Source of the DNA: Deltaproteobacteria bacterium
Lineage (GTDB): Bacteria > Desulfobacterota > GWC2-55-46
Assembly (NCBI GenBank): GCA_016234405.1
Contig: JACRCC010000002.1
Location: forward strand, 1 to 62,745
DNA: 62,745 nucleotides
Direction of reading: 5' to 3'
Made by a program: the position numbers and the translations under genes. The notes under the pieces are model-generated. The model made no database searches. It was not told where the DNA came from and saw nothing but the letters and a program-made list of their open reading frames with translations. Shown here piece after piece: positions 27,486 to 37,060 of the stretch. Position 1 is the stretch's first letter. The number at the start of each line of letters is the position of its first letter.

Positions 27486-30212
27486 ATGTTAAACAATCTA
27501 CTGAGAAAAGTATTCGGCAGCAAAAACGACAGGGAGATAAAGCGGATCCAGCCCGTGCTAACGCTCATCAACTCGTTAGAGCCTAAGATGCGCGCATTGA
27601 AGGATGCGGAGTTCCCCGGCCTCACTGCCCGTTTTAAGGAGTCTCTCGCCGCGGGTCAAACGCTCGAAGACATACTGCCTGAGGCGTTCGCGGCCGTGAG
27701 GGAGGCGGCTTGGCGCAGTATCGGCATGCGCCCATTCGACGTTCAGCTCATGGGCGGCATATCCCTCAACGAAGGTAAGATTTCCGAGATGAAGACCGGC
27801 GAGGGCAAGACCCTCGTGGCCACGCTCCCCCTGTATCTTAACGCCCTTACGGGCAAGGGCGCGCACCTCGTAACCGTGAACGACTATCTTGCGGCGAGGG
27901 ATTCGCGCTGGATGGGCCCTCTCTACAGTATGCTAGGTTTGAGCGTAGGGGTGATACAGCACGACGAGAGTTTTATTTATGACCCTGAGTATTCCGGCGA
28001 AGACGACGGACACCCGCATCTGAGGCCGGTTTCACGCAAAGAGGCGTATCTTGCGGACATCACCTACGGGACCAATAACGAATTCGGCTTCGATTACCTG
28101 AGAGACAATATGAAGTTCTCTTTGGAGGAATACGTCCAGCGCGAACTTAATTTCGCCATCGTTGACGAGGTGGACTCCATACTCATTGACGAGGCGAGAA
28201 CGCCGCTTATCATATCCGGCGCCACCGAAGACTCCACCGACAAGTATTACGCCATAAACGGGATAATGCCGTCGCTTAAAAAGGACGCCCACTTCACGGT
28301 GGACGAGAAGGCCAAGCAGGTGCTCTTGAACGACGCGGGCGTGGAAAAGGTCGAGGGGCTTTTAAAGGTCGCCAACCTCTATGACCCCGGCAATATCGAG
28401 ACCCTTCATCACGTAAATCAGGCGCTCTACGCCCACGTTTTGAAACATAGGGACGTTGATTACGTCGTGAAGGACGGGCAGGTCGTCATAGTTGACGAGT
28501 TTACGGGACGACTCATGTCGGGCAGGCGTTGGAGCGACGGGCTGCATCAGGCCGTCGAGGCCAAAGAGGGGGTAAAGATTGAAAACGAAAACCAGACCCT
28601 TGCGACCATCACCTTCCAGAATTACTTCAGGATGTACGAAAAACTCTCCGGCATGACGGGCACCGCCGATACCGAGGCCGCCGAGTTCAACGACATATAT
28701 AAACTCGAAGTAGTGGTGATGCCGACCAATAAGGAATTGCACCGCTACGACACGCCCGACCTCGTCTATAAGACTAAAAAAGAGAAGTTCAGGGCAGTGG
28801 TGCGGGAGATAAAGGAGTGGAATGAAAAAGGCAGGCCCGTGCTCGTGGGCACCATCTCGATTGACGATTCCGAAAAACTCTCCGGCATACTCAAGCAGCA
28901 GGGGGTCAAGCACCACGTCTTGAACGCAAAGCACCATGAGCGCGAGGCCGAGATAGTCGCGCAGGCAGGGAGGTTCGGCTCAGTTACCATATCCACGAAC
29001 ATGGCCGGCAGGGGCACGGACATCCTGCTTGGCGGAAATCCGGAGTTCCTTGCGGCCGGGGCCGCCGGCATAGACGACACCACCGAGGAATTCCGCGTTG
29101 CCGTCGAGCGGCTGCGCGTCGAGTGCGACGAGGAAAAGGCCCGCGTTATCGCGCTGGGCGGGCTTCACATCATCGGCACGGAGAGGCACGAATCGAGGCG
29201 TATTGACAACCAGTTGAGGGGAAGGGCTGGCCGTCAGGGAGACCCCGGGTCTTCGCGCTTCTATCTCTCTCTCGAAGACGATCTCATGAGGATATTCGGG
29301 AGCGACAGGATATCGTATCTCATGGAAAAGATAGGCATGGAAGAGGATGTCCCCATCGAGCACTCTCTCGTCACACGGGCCATAGAGAACGCGCAGAAAA
29401 AGGTCGAGGCGCACAACTTCGACATAAGAAAGCATCTCCTCGAATATGACGACGTGATGAATCAGCAAAGGGAGGTCGTCTACGGCTACAGACGCCAGAT
29501 ACTCGGTCAAGCGGGTCTGCGCGACATGGTCAACGCATTCAGTATCGAGGCCGTTGAGTCCACGGTGGACACGCATATCGAGGAAAAGAGCGGCCCAAGC
29601 GAATGGGACTATAAGACGATTTCAGAGTCGGTGCGAAGGGGTTTAGGGGTAGACATAGGCGACACCCTTCCGCATGGGATCAACAAAAAAGAGGCGCTCG
29701 CCGGGCACATCTCCGCCGTTGTTTGGGAGGCGTATAACCAAAAGGTCGCCTTGGTCTCCGACAAGGCATTTTCTGAATTCGAGAAGGTGATTATGCTCCA
29801 CGCCATTGACACGCTATGGAAGGACCATCTGCTGACGATGGATCACCTCAAGGGCGGGATAGGGCTGCGCGGATACGGGCAAAAAAATCCGCTTCAGGAG
29901 TATAAGAAGGAAGGTTTCGAGATGTTCGTTGACATGATAGCCCGCTTCAAGTCCGAGGTTATTGAGAGGCTCTTCCTCGTGCAGATAAACAGGGAAGAAG
30001 CCCCGCCGCCTCCGCCCATTCTCAAACCCGCGAAGGTGATAGAGGGCAGGGGCTCGGTTGAGGCAGGAGAAGAAACGGAAGGAGAAAAGCAACGGCAACA
30101 GCCGGTTGTGCGACACGGCGGCAAGATAGGCAGAAACGACCCTTGTCCGTGCGGCAGCGGCAAGAAATACAAAAAATGCTGCGCCGCGGGTAAAGACGAA
30201 CATGCCGCTTAA
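27486..30212 (+). CDS. secA: Preprotein translocase ATPase SecA
   Basis: The N-terminus is [53 protein letters not shown] and [10 protein letters not shown] are present. The C-terminal Zn finger is [13 protein letters not shown]. Confidence 0.96.
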   Translation: MLNNLLRKVFGSKNDREIKRIQPVLTLINSLEPKMRALKDAEFPGLTARFKESLAAGQTLEDILPEAFAAVREAAWRSIGMRPFDVQLMGGISLNEGKISEMKTGEGKTLVATLPLYLNALTGKGAHLVTVNDYLAARDSRWMGPLYSMLGLSVGVIQHDESFIYDPEYSGEDDGHPHLRPVSRKEAYLADITYGTNNEFGFDYLRDNMKFSLEEYVQRELNFAIVDEVDSILIDEARTPLIISGATEDSTDKYYAINGIMPSLKKDAHFTVDEKAKQVLLNDAGVEKVEGLLKVANLYDPGNIETLHHVNQALYAHVLKHRDVDYVVKDGQVVIVDEFTGRLMSGRRWSDGLHQAVEAKEGVKIENENQTLATITFQNYFRMYEKLSGMTGTADTEAAEFNDIYKLEVVVMPTNKELHRYDTPDLVYKTKKEKFRAVVREIKEWNEKGRPVLVGTISIDDSEKLSGILKQQGVKHHVLNAKHHEREAEIVAQAGRFGSVTISTNMAGRGTDILLGGNPEFLAAGAAGIDDTTEEFRVAVERLRVECDEEKARVIALGGLHIIGTERHESRRIDNQLRGRAGRQGDPGSSRFYLSLEDDLMRIFGSDRISYLMEKIGMEEDVPIEHSLVTRAIENAQKKVEAHNFDIRKHLLEYDDVMNQQREVVYGYRRQILGQAGLRDMVNAFSIEAVESTVDTHIEEKSGPSEWDYKTISESVRRGLGVDIGDTLPHGINKKEALAGHISAVVWEAYNQKVALVSDKAFSEFEKVIMLHAIDTLWKDHLLTMDHLKGGIGLRGYGQKNPLQEYKKEGFEMFVDMIARFKSEVIERLFLVQINREEAPPPPPILKPAKVIEGRGSVEAGEETEGEKQRQQPVVRHGGKIGRNDPCPCGSGKKYKKCCAAGKDEHAA

Positions 30213-30244
30213 CGGCCGTGACCGTGAACCGTGACCGTGATGCG
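30210..30244. repeat. CGTGA(A/C)C heptad-repeat element, copy C
   Basis: taacggccgtgaccgtgaaccgtgaccgtgatgcg overlaps the secA TAA stop. Its 28 nt are identical to copy B. Confidence 0.8.
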
Positions 30245-31481
30245 TCGAAAAGGCAAAATACCAATGCCCGTAATCTCCAAAAAAAAGATAAAAATAGGCA
30301 GGCTCAAGCCGGTGCCGGGTTTTACGGCCTGCGGCATGTCCTGCGGGATAAAGAAGAACGGTAAAAAAGACCTTGCCCTCATCGTAAGCGATGCCCCTGC
30401 GGCGGTCGCGGGCGTATTTACGACTAATAAGGTCAAGGCCGCGCCGGTCATGCTCTCGATTGCCCGCGTAAAAAAAGGGTGGACGCGGGGCGTCGTCATA
30501 AACAGCGGCAACGCCAACGCCTGCACCGGAAGGCGCGGGGATAAGGACGCGATGGCCATGACCGCTGCTGTCGAAAAGGCGCTCGGTCTCAAGACCGGAG
30601 AGATGCTTGCAGCTTCAACGGGCGTTATCGGGGTTCCGTTGCCCGTTAAAAAGATCGAGGCTGCGTCGGATGCGCTCGCAAGCCGGTTGCGCAATAACGG
30701 ATTGGCCGAGGTCTCCGAGGCCATACTGACCACCGATGCGTTTCCCAAGACCGCCTTTCTCTCGGTCAATATCCACGGCGTAAAGATAAGCATCGCGGGT
30801 ATCGCCAAGGGCGCGGGCATGATATGCCCTGACATGGCCACGCTCCTCGCGTTTTTCATGACCGACGCGGCCATAAAGCCGGCCGCATTGAGACGCGCAT
30901 TGAAAGAGGCGGTTGACGTGTCGTTTAACGGGATTTCCGTTGACAACGACATGTCCACTAACGACACGGCCCTTGCCTTTGCAAGCGGCGCGTCCAATCC
31001 CAAAGAGATAAAGGCGGGCACGCCTGATTTTCGCAGGTTCACGTCGCTTTTGACCGAGGTCGCGCAGAGACTCGCCCGCATGATAGTTATGGACGGTGAG
31101 GGGGCAACGCGGTTCATTACCTTGGAAGTATGCGGGGCCGCATCCCGGAAAGACGCCGCGTCCGCCGCAAAGACCGTCGCGTCGTCCATGCTCGTAAAGA
31201 CCGCCTTTTTCGGCGGCGACCCGAACTGGGGCAGGATACTCGCGGCCCTCGGAAGGGCGGGCATAAAGATGAAAGAAGACAGGGTTGATGTTTTCTTCAA
31301 TGGCGTGCAAGTGGTTAAGCGCGGCCTCGATACCGGGAAAGAAAAGAAGGCGGCCCGTGCCGTAAATCCCGCCGAGGTCTTGGTAAGGATAGGGCTTAAC
31401 ATGGGTGATTTTTCCACAGTCCATTGGACGTCCGACCTGTCGTATGAATACGTTAAGATAAACTCGGCTTACAGGACGTAG
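30240..31481 (+). CDS. argJ: Bifunctional ornithine acetyltransferase / N-acetylglutamate synthase
   Basis: GFTACGMSCGIKKNGKKDLALI, an autoprocessing site context (PDMATLLAFFMTDA), and a C-terminal ...YVKINSAYRT. The start is ambiguous (GTG 30231, ATG 30240 or ATG 30264) because the 5' end abuts the repeat. Confidence 0.9.
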   Translation: MRRKGKIPMPVISKKKIKIGRLKPVPGFTACGMSCGIKKNGKKDLALIVSDAPAAVAGVFTTNKVKAAPVMLSIARVKKGWTRGVVINSGNANACTGRRGDKDAMAMTAAVEKALGLKTGEMLAASTGVIGVPLPVKKIEAASDALASRLRNNGLAEVSEAILTTDAFPKTAFLSVNIHGVKISIAGIAKGAGMICPDMATLLAFFMTDAAIKPAALRRALKEAVDVSFNGISVDNDMSTNDTALAFASGASNPKEIKAGTPDFRRFTSLLTEVAQRLARMIVMDGEGATRFITLEVCGAASRKDAASAAKTVASSMLVKTAFFGGDPNWGRILAALGRAGIKMKEDRVDVFFNGVQVVKRGLDTGKEKKAARAVNPAEVLVRIGLNMGDFSTVHWTSDLSYEYVKINSAYRT

Positions 31482-31498
31482 TTTATTGGAGGTTTTCC

Positions 31499-31921
31499 AT
31501 GGAGCTATCCGCTAAAGAGTCCGGCAGGTGGTTGAGGCAGGCCGAATACGACCTCAAGACCGCCGAGTGGAACCAGCAGGGCGGGTTTTTCGCGCCCGCG
31601 TGCTTCTGGGCGCAGCAGGCCGCGGCAAAGGCCTTGCGCGCCTTTCTTTTCATGCGCGGCGAAGACGCGCATGAGACGCGCTCCGTGGCCGACCTCCTTG
31701 ACAGGGCGATTACCTACGAAGAGGCCTTCAGGGAATTTGCCGGCACGGGCACGTCCCTCGACATCTACTACAAGACCGCGCGATTCCCCGACGCCTTGCC
31801 CGGCGGCATACCGGCCGAGGTGATCACCTCAAAGGATTCGCGGGACGCCGTCAAGCAAGCCTCCGACATAGTTGCCCTTGCGGAGAAAAAACGGAAGGTG
31901 TATCTGCCGGAGAACTTTTAA
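31499..31921 (+). CDS. HEPN domain protein (orphan; no adjacent nucleotidyltransferase partner)
   Basis: 140 aa. The opening WLRQAEYDLKTAEW......FFAPACFWAQQAAAKALRAFL... is the typical start of HEPN (PF05168-like) helices. THSLxxLL-like region: HETRSVADLLDRA. Confidence 0.7.
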   Translation: MELSAKESGRWLRQAEYDLKTAEWNQQGGFFAPACFWAQQAAAKALRAFLFMRGEDAHETRSVADLLDRAITYEEAFREFAGTGTSLDIYYKTARFPDALPGGIPAEVITSKDSRDAVKQASDIVALAEKKRKVYLPENF

Positions 31922-31923
31922 AT

Positions 31924-32002
31924 AACGGCCGTGAAGCGTGAATCGTGAGACGTGAAGCGTGAAGCGTGCGACGTGATACGACTCACGATTCACGTCTCAC
32001 GG
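31924..32002. repeat. CGTGA(A/G) heptad-repeat element, copy D, with inverted arms
   Basis: The sequence is aacggccgtgaagcgtgaatcgtgagacgtgaagcgtgaagcgtgcgacgtgatacgactcacgattcacgtctcacgg. cgtgagacgtgaa pairs with ttcacgtctcacg. It starts 3 nt after the HEPN stop. Confidence 0.8.
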
Positions 32003-32012
32003 TCTCTATTCT

Positions 32013-32798
32013 ATGATGTCGGAAAAACTTACCCTGATAATCCCCTTTATCTTCGGCTCCGCAATCGGGAGTTTCCTGAACGTCTGCATATACCGCATAC
32101 CGGCGGGCATATCCGTAGTAACGCCGCCTTCGAGTTGTCCGTCGTGCGGCGCAGAAATAGCCTTTTACGACAACATCCCGGTGTTGGGATATATCCTGCT
32201 GAGGGGCAGGTGCAGGAAATGCGGCGCCCGCATATCAGCGAGGTATCCGCTTGTCGAGGCCGCAACAGGGGCGTTTTGCGCGGCGCTCTTCTATATCTTC
32301 GGTTTCAGCGTCGAGTTCTTCGCATACTTCGCCTTCGTGTCCGCCCTTATGGTCGTAACGTTTATTGATCTAAAACTCCAGATAATCCCGGACGTGATAA
32401 GCATCCCCGGCATAGGGGTTGGACTTATAGCGTCGTATTTCATGTCATCCGTCGGGCTTGTAAACTCGGCGGCCGGTTTTCTCCTCGGCGCGGGCTTTCT
32501 TTTCATTATAGCAATGGGATACCATTTTTTAACCGGAAAGGAGGGCATGGGTGGAGGGGATATAAAACTCTTGGGCATGATAGGGGCCTTTCTCGGATGG
32601 AGGGGCGCGGTGGTCACGCTCATCATCGGCGCGTTCGCCGGGGCCGTTGTCGGCGGCGTCTTGATGCTTAGATACGGCAAAGACGGCAAATACGCCATCC
32701 CGTTCGGCCCGTTCCTCGCGGCCGGGGCAATAGTCCATCTTTTCTTCGGCCCGCCAATCGTCTCGTGGTATATTGAAATGATTGCGGGTGGAGGTTAG
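32013..32798 (+). CDS. pilD: Prepilin peptidase / N-methyltransferase (A24 family)
   Basis: GSFLNVCIYRIP, the zinc-binding motif CPSCGAEI...CRKCGARI, and both aspartate motifs (IPDV..., GGGDIKLLGMIGAFLGW). Confidence 0.92.
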   Translation: MMSEKLTLIIPFIFGSAIGSFLNVCIYRIPAGISVVTPPSSCPSCGAEIAFYDNIPVLGYILLRGRCRKCGARISARYPLVEAATGAFCAALFYIFGFSVEFFAYFAFVSALMVVTFIDLKLQIIPDVISIPGIGVGLIASYFMSSVGLVNSAAGFLLGAGFLFIIAMGYHFLTGKEGMGGGDIKLLGMIGAFLGWRGAVVTLIIGAFAGAVVGGVLMLRYGKDGKYAIPFGPFLAAGAIVHLFFGPPIVSWYIEMIAGGG

Positions 32799-32808
32799 CC
32801 GCTTTTAG

Positions 32809-34362
32809 ATGAAAAAATCGGCGCTCGGCATACGAACTCAGCTTATAATTGGCACCGTGCTTCTGACCTCGGCAGGCATCGGCCTTGTGGGGTTGATGAG
32901 CATAAAGGCCGTCGAGATGTCTGCCGTCTACGCCAAGATGGACTCGGCTGAGAGACTCGTGAAGGTCTTAAACGCGGCTGCGCGGTCGCAATACGCGACC
33001 CACGGCGACAAGGAGTCCACGAGGGCCGCGGGCGCGCTCCTTAAAGAGGCGGGGATAAACGATTTTGAGTTCACGGACGGCAAGGGCGTTGTGTTCCAAA
33101 AAGAAGGGACGCTGCCGGAACACCTCGGCGCGGCCTTGCCGTTTGCAGGCGAGATAATAGTAAAGAGGGTCGGCGGAGGGATATTGTCGGGCCCCGGCGA
33201 AGCGCTCCACGTGATTGCGTTTTTCAACCCCGGCTCCGGCAGCGGGAGACTCAGGTTCGCCGTGAGCCTCAAGGGCGTCGCGGAAGAGATGTCGGGCATC
33301 AGGAATTTTCTGCTCGCCTACGTCTTGCTTGATTCGCTCATAATAATAATAACGGGGCTTTATTTTTTCTCGCGTCTTGTTGTCGGCCCAATAAAAAGGC
33401 TTGAAGTCGCCGCGACCCGGATAGCGTCCGGCAATTTTGGAGAGCGGGCGGAAGTTGGCGACGAAAACGAAATAGGCAGCCTCGCAAATTCTTTCAACAT
33501 AATGGCCGAGAGGCTCGAATCCAAGATAAATGCCCTTGAGCGTTTGAATGCGGAGCTTATCGCGGCTCAGGCGGAGTTATTGAAAACGTCCACGCTCGCC
33601 GCGGTCGGCAACCTCGCCGCCGGCATTGCGCACGAGGTGGGCAATCCCCTCGGCGCGGTGCGCGGCTACGTTGACATACTCGCAAAGGGCGGCCTTGAAA
33701 AGGACGAAGAGGCCGCGGTTATTAAAAGGGCATCTGCCGAGATTACGAGGATTGACGCGATAGTGAGGGAATTTCTCGAGGTCGCCAGACCCTCGAAGCC
33801 GACTGGCGAAACAGTCGAGGTCAACCGTCTTATCGAGGAGATTATTTCAACCGTTGCCGTTCAAAATGCCTTTGACGGCGTAAAGATAATATTTGAGCCG
33901 GACGGATATGTCCCGCCGGTTATAGGCGACGAAGGTAAGCTCAGGCAGGTCTTCATGAACATCCTTTTGAACGCCGCCCACTCGCTCTCATGCGCGGGGG
34001 TGAAGACCATAACGGTCAAAACATATTTTGACGGGCACGCGGAGACCGCTGAACGCGCTAAAAGTCTGCGCAGGCGCAAAGACGATCAAATGTTCGCCGC
34101 CTCAACATTGGAGAAACGCTGCGTGTTCGTCGAATTCAGCGATAACGGCCGCGGCATAGCGCAAGACGATTTGCCGAGGATATTCGACCCCTTTTTCACC
34201 ACGAAAGAGGTAGGCAAGGGCACGGGGCTCGGTCTTTTCGTGTCCCGCGCCATTATAAAGGCTTATGGCGGGGAGATTACGGTTGAGTCCAATGAAGGCG
34301 AAGGGGCGATATTTACCGTAGCTCTGCCTGCGCGCGCCGGTGATAAAGGGGATGGGGCATAA
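32809..34362 (+). CDS. Sensor histidine kinase (two TM segments with a periplasmic loop, HAMP, HisKA, HATPase_c), the partner of the downstream sigma-54 activator
   Basis: The H-box is LAAGIAHEVGNPL, the N-box is NILLNAAHS, and the G-boxes are DNGRGI and GTGLGLFVSR. A HAMP-like segment follows TM2. This is not the classical 6-TM PilS topology. Confidence 0.85.
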   Translation: MKKSALGIRTQLIIGTVLLTSAGIGLVGLMSIKAVEMSAVYAKMDSAERLVKVLNAAARSQYATHGDKESTRAAGALLKEAGINDFEFTDGKGVVFQKEGTLPEHLGAALPFAGEIIVKRVGGGILSGPGEALHVIAFFNPGSGSGRLRFAVSLKGVAEEMSGIRNFLLAYVLLDSLIIIITGLYFFSRLVVGPIKRLEVAATRIASGNFGERAEVGDENEIGSLANSFNIMAERLESKINALERLNAELIAAQAELLKTSTLAAVGNLAAGIAHEVGNPLGAVRGYVDILAKGGLEKDEEAAVIKRASAEITRIDAIVREFLEVARPSKPTGETVEVNRLIEEIISTVAVQNAFDGVKIIFEPDGYVPPVIGDEGKLRQVFMNILLNAAHSLSCAGVKTITVKTYFDGHAETAERAKSLRRRKDDQMFAASTLEKRCVFVEFSDNGRGIAQDDLPRIFDPFFTTKEVGKGTGLGLFVSRAIIKAYGGEITVESNEGEGAIFTVALPARAGDKGDGA

Positions 34363-34365
34363 CGG

Positions 34366-35727
34366 ATGAGACTTCTCGTAATTGACGACGAAGAGGCGAT
34401 GAGGCACATGCTCTCCATAATCCTCAAGAAAGAGGGTTATGAGGTTCACGTTTCCCCGGATGCGCTCCATGCGCTCTCGGCGATAGAGGCGGCAGGGGGC
34501 GGGGACTTTGATTTTATCCTCTGCGACATAAAGATGCCCCGCATGGACGGGCTCGAATTTTTGAAGGCCCTTAAAGACAGGGGTCTTCAATATACGGTTA
34601 TAATGATGAGCGCCTACGGCACGCTGGACACGGCCATAGATTGCATGAAGCTCGGGGCTTATGATTACATCTCCAAGCCCTTCAAGACGGACGAGATAAT
34701 CCTTACGCTTAAAAAGGCCGAGGAGAGAGAAAGGCTCAAGAGGGAAAATAAAAGGCTAAAAGAAGAGACCTGTGCCGAGTATGACATAAGGCGCATCGTC
34801 ACAAAAGATAAGGCGATGCTCGAAGTCTTGAAGCTCGTTAATAAGGTCTCCGGTTACGACACGCCCGTCCTCATAATCGGAGAGAGCGGCACCGGCAAGG
34901 AGCTTATAGCGAGGGCCATCCACGATTCGGGCGACAGGAAAAACGGGCCTTTTGTCGCCGTGAACTGCGGGGCGATTCCCGCGGCTCTCCTCGAGAGCGA
35001 ACTCTTCGGCCACGTAAAGGGCGCGTTTACCGACGCGCACAGGAATAAGGCCGGGCTTTTTCAGGAGGCCGACGGCGGGACGATATTCCTCGACGAGGTC
35101 GGGGAACTCCCGCTTCCGCTTCAGGTCAAATTCCTGCGCGTCCTTCAGGAAGGGGAGGTTAGAAAGGTCGGCGACACGAAGTCCGTAAAAATAGCCACGA
35201 GGGTCGTGGCGGCCACTGTGAAGGATCTGCGCGAGGAGATAAAAAAAGGCGCGTTCAGAGAAGACCTTTTTTACAGGCTCGACGTGGTCGAGGTGAACCT
35301 GCCGCCGCTCAGGGACAGGGGTGATGACATACCCGGACTTGCCGCGCACTTCATTGAAAAGTATTCAAAGAAATTCGGCAAACCCGTAAAGACCCTGCCG
35401 GAAGATGTATTGAAGACGCTAAAGGGATATTCGTGGCCGGGCAACGTCAGAGAACTTGAAAACGCCATAGAGCGCGCTATAATACTCGAGGAGACCGGCG
35501 TCATAAGAAAGGAGTCCCTTCCCATGGCGATGAAAGAGACGGGGGGCGTTTGCGCAATCCTTCCTTCGTCGTCAGACCTCTCGATAAAGAGGGCTTCCGA
35601 GGCCATTGAAAAGGCGCTCATTTCAAAGGCGCTTGCAAAGACCGGAAATAACAAAACCAAGGCCGCCGAACTCCTCGACATCAGCTTTCGCGCGCTTTTG
35701 TATAAGATAAAAGATTACGGACTGTGA
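34366..35727 (+). CDS. Sigma-54-dependent response regulator (REC plus AAA+ plus Fis-type HTH), PilR-like by context
   Basis: REC motifs are LLVIDDE and CDIKMP. Walker A is GESGTGKE. The GAFTGA variant is GAFTDA. ELFGH, WPGNVRELEN and the C-terminal NKTKAAELLDISFRALLYKIK are also present. Confidence 0.9.
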   Translation: MRLLVIDDEEAMRHMLSIILKKEGYEVHVSPDALHALSAIEAAGGGDFDFILCDIKMPRMDGLEFLKALKDRGLQYTVIMMSAYGTLDTAIDCMKLGAYDYISKPFKTDEIILTLKKAEERERLKRENKRLKEETCAEYDIRRIVTKDKAMLEVLKLVNKVSGYDTPVLIIGESGTGKELIARAIHDSGDRKNGPFVAVNCGAIPAALLESELFGHVKGAFTDAHRNKAGLFQEADGGTIFLDEVGELPLPLQVKFLRVLQEGEVRKVGDTKSVKIATRVVAATVKDLREEIKKGAFREDLFYRLDVVEVNLPPLRDRGDDIPGLAAHFIEKYSKKFGKPVKTLPEDVLKTLKGYSWPGNVRELENAIERAIILEETGVIRKESLPMAMKETGGVCAILPSSSDLSIKRASEAIEKALISKALAKTGNNKTKAAELLDISFRALLYKIKDYGL

Positions 35728-35729
35728 AA

Positions 35730-35786
35730 GTGTAGCTCAGGCCTTCAGGCCTGAGATTATCAGGGCTAAAGCCCTGAGCTACGCAC
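35730..35786. repeat. GTAGCTCAG double-hairpin element, copy 3 (inverted orientation), flanked by a perfect 28-nt direct repeat
   Basis: The element is gtGTAGCTCAGGCCTTCAGGCCTGAgattatCAGGGCTAAAGCCCTGAGCTACgcac. The flanks 35702-35729 and 35787-35814 are identical (ataagataaaagattacggactgtgaaa). Confidence 0.9.
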
Positions 35787-35877
35787 ATAAGATAAAAGAT
35801 TACGGACTGTGAAAAAAGTATTGAGTTTTAATTTGATGCCTAAACAAAAAAGATATGTAAATCAAGCTATTGCATTA

Positions 35878-35893
35878 GGGCACGGCAGTTGCA
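35878..35893 (+). promoter_or_regulatory. Sigma-54 (-24/-12) promoter
   Basis: GGGCAC-GGCAG-TTGCA matches TGGCAC-N5-TTGCW with correct spacing. It lies immediately upstream of the first pilin-like gene and downstream of a sigma-54 activator gene. Confidence 0.7.
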
Positions 35894-35907
35894 TATATTA
35901 TGACATA

Positions 35908-36438
35908 ATGAAAAACACCATGAATAAACCGGCTGCAAACTCAAAGGGATTTTCGCTCGTCGAGTTGTTGATAGTCGCAGCGCTTATCGGCATCATGACC
36001 GCCATAGGCGTCCCGGCGATGATCGGGCAGATGGCGCACATCAGGTTTACGAGGGACGCGAGGGATTTATCCGTTGCTTTTAGGGCCGCCCGCATGAACG
36101 CGATAGCCAAGAACGTGCGCTACGGCATTAATATTACACAGGGCGCGCCTGACGCTTACCAAGTGCAAACCTGCACCGATTCTCCGGCTCCCGCGCCTTC
36201 CGTCGCTTGCGCCGCTTGGGGCAACGCAGGGGGGCTTATTACGTTTTCAAGCAATAGCGATATCACTTCCCCGGCGGCCAGCATCAGGGTTGAGTTCCTT
36301 CCGACCGGCACCGCGGCCGTAACGGGGATAATGCCGCCGGCAACCAATATTGACATTAGGCTCGCTAACCCTTCGTCCGACACCGATCAGTTGACGATAA
36401 ACGTAAGAGCCGCAACCGGTAAGATTGCCGTAACATAG
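35908..36438 (+). CDS. GspH/FimT/FimU-family pseudopilin (minor pilin)
   Basis: The prepilin motif is ...NSKG|FSLVELLIVAALIGIMTAIGVP, with Glu at position 5. DARDLSVAFRAARMNAIAKN resembles the GspH/FimT core. ATG 35908 or 35920 is the likely start. The ORF-track start 35809 lies in the duplicated pilR tail. Confidence 0.7.
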   Translation: MKNTMNKPAANSKGFSLVELLIVAALIGIMTAIGVPAMIGQMAHIRFTRDARDLSVAFRAARMNAIAKNVRYGINITQGAPDAYQVQTCTDSPAPAPSVACAAWGNAGGLITFSSNSDITSPAASIRVEFLPTGTAAVTGIMPPATNIDIRLANPSSDTDQLTINVRAATGKIAVT

Positions 36439-36448
36439 AGGGCTAAAA

Positions 36449-37003
36449 ATGTTTACGGAAAAAGAAATTTTTAAAAGAGACGCGGCGCGGGCAGACTGTA
36501 AATGCAACGCGCCGGCAATGGGCGCCCTCGGTTTTTCCCTCGTCGAGGTGCTTATAGCCTTGACCATACTATCCATCGGGATTCTCGGCATAATGGGTCT
36601 CATCGGTACCAGCATCAATTCCGGCGCTTTCGCGCAGAACGCGTCGCAGGCCTCCAACGTCGCGCAGGACAGGATAGAGGCCCTGCAGAGCGTGGCCTTC
36701 GCGTCCGTGCATCTCTCGGACGCCGTGACCGCGCGCACGGATCTCCGAAGGACGTGCGGCGCGGCCACCGGCCCGGCGAATAGACCGGTCTACAGCTGCG
36801 TCCCCACGAACTCGATAACCGTTGGAACCGTTAACCCCAAGACCTACACATGGACTTACACCGTAACGTTTATAGACCTTGACGGCAGCACCGTGGCGGA
36901 CGAGTCCGACCGCCTTAAAAAGCTCGACGTTACGGTAACATACTGGAATTCTTTGTCACGAAGCAATAAGACTCTTACTCTGTCGTCGATGATAACCAAC
37001 TGA
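36449..37003 (+). CDS. pilV: PilV-like minor pilin
   Basis: ...G|FSLVEVLIALTILSIGILGIMGL is the characteristic PilV N-terminus. 184 aa. The start is ATG 36449 or 36518. Confidence 0.7.
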   Translation: MFTEKEIFKRDAARADCKCNAPAMGALGFSLVEVLIALTILSIGILGIMGLIGTSINSGAFAQNASQASNVAQDRIEALQSVAFASVHLSDAVTARTDLRRTCGAATGPANRPVYSCVPTNSITVGTVNPKTYTWTYTVTFIDLDGSTVADESDRLKKLDVTVTYWNSLSRSNKTLTLSSMITN

Positions 37004-37060
37004 ACTGCGAATATACGAATTGCCGATGTTTTTTAACTCTAAGGCATGTGAGGTAATAAT

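Noticed and set aside
30209-31417. A long minus-strand ORF (402 aa) antisense to argJ. Similar cases are 56623-57894 (antisense accC), 8169-9422 (antisense hslU), 19508-20257 (antisense dehydrogenase) and 25195-25851 (antisense crp).
   Set aside because: Each lies entirely opposite a + strand gene with unmistakable conserved motifs. Their translations are low-complexity (A/S/R/P-rich), as expected for shadow ORFs in GC-rich DNA. No recognisable domains are present.
31952-32368. A 138-aa + strand ORF overlapping the 5' part of pilD in another frame.
   Set aside because: Its N-terminus is a translation of the heptad repeat element, and the rest is out of frame with a well-supported prepilin peptidase gene. 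It has no motifs.
35809-35907. The long N-terminal extension of the first pilin-like ORF (ORF-track start GTG 35809).
   Set aside because: The start lies in the duplicated pilR tail, upstream of the sigma-54 promoter. A 47-aa prepilin leader would be atypical, so ATG 35908 or 35920 is preferred.
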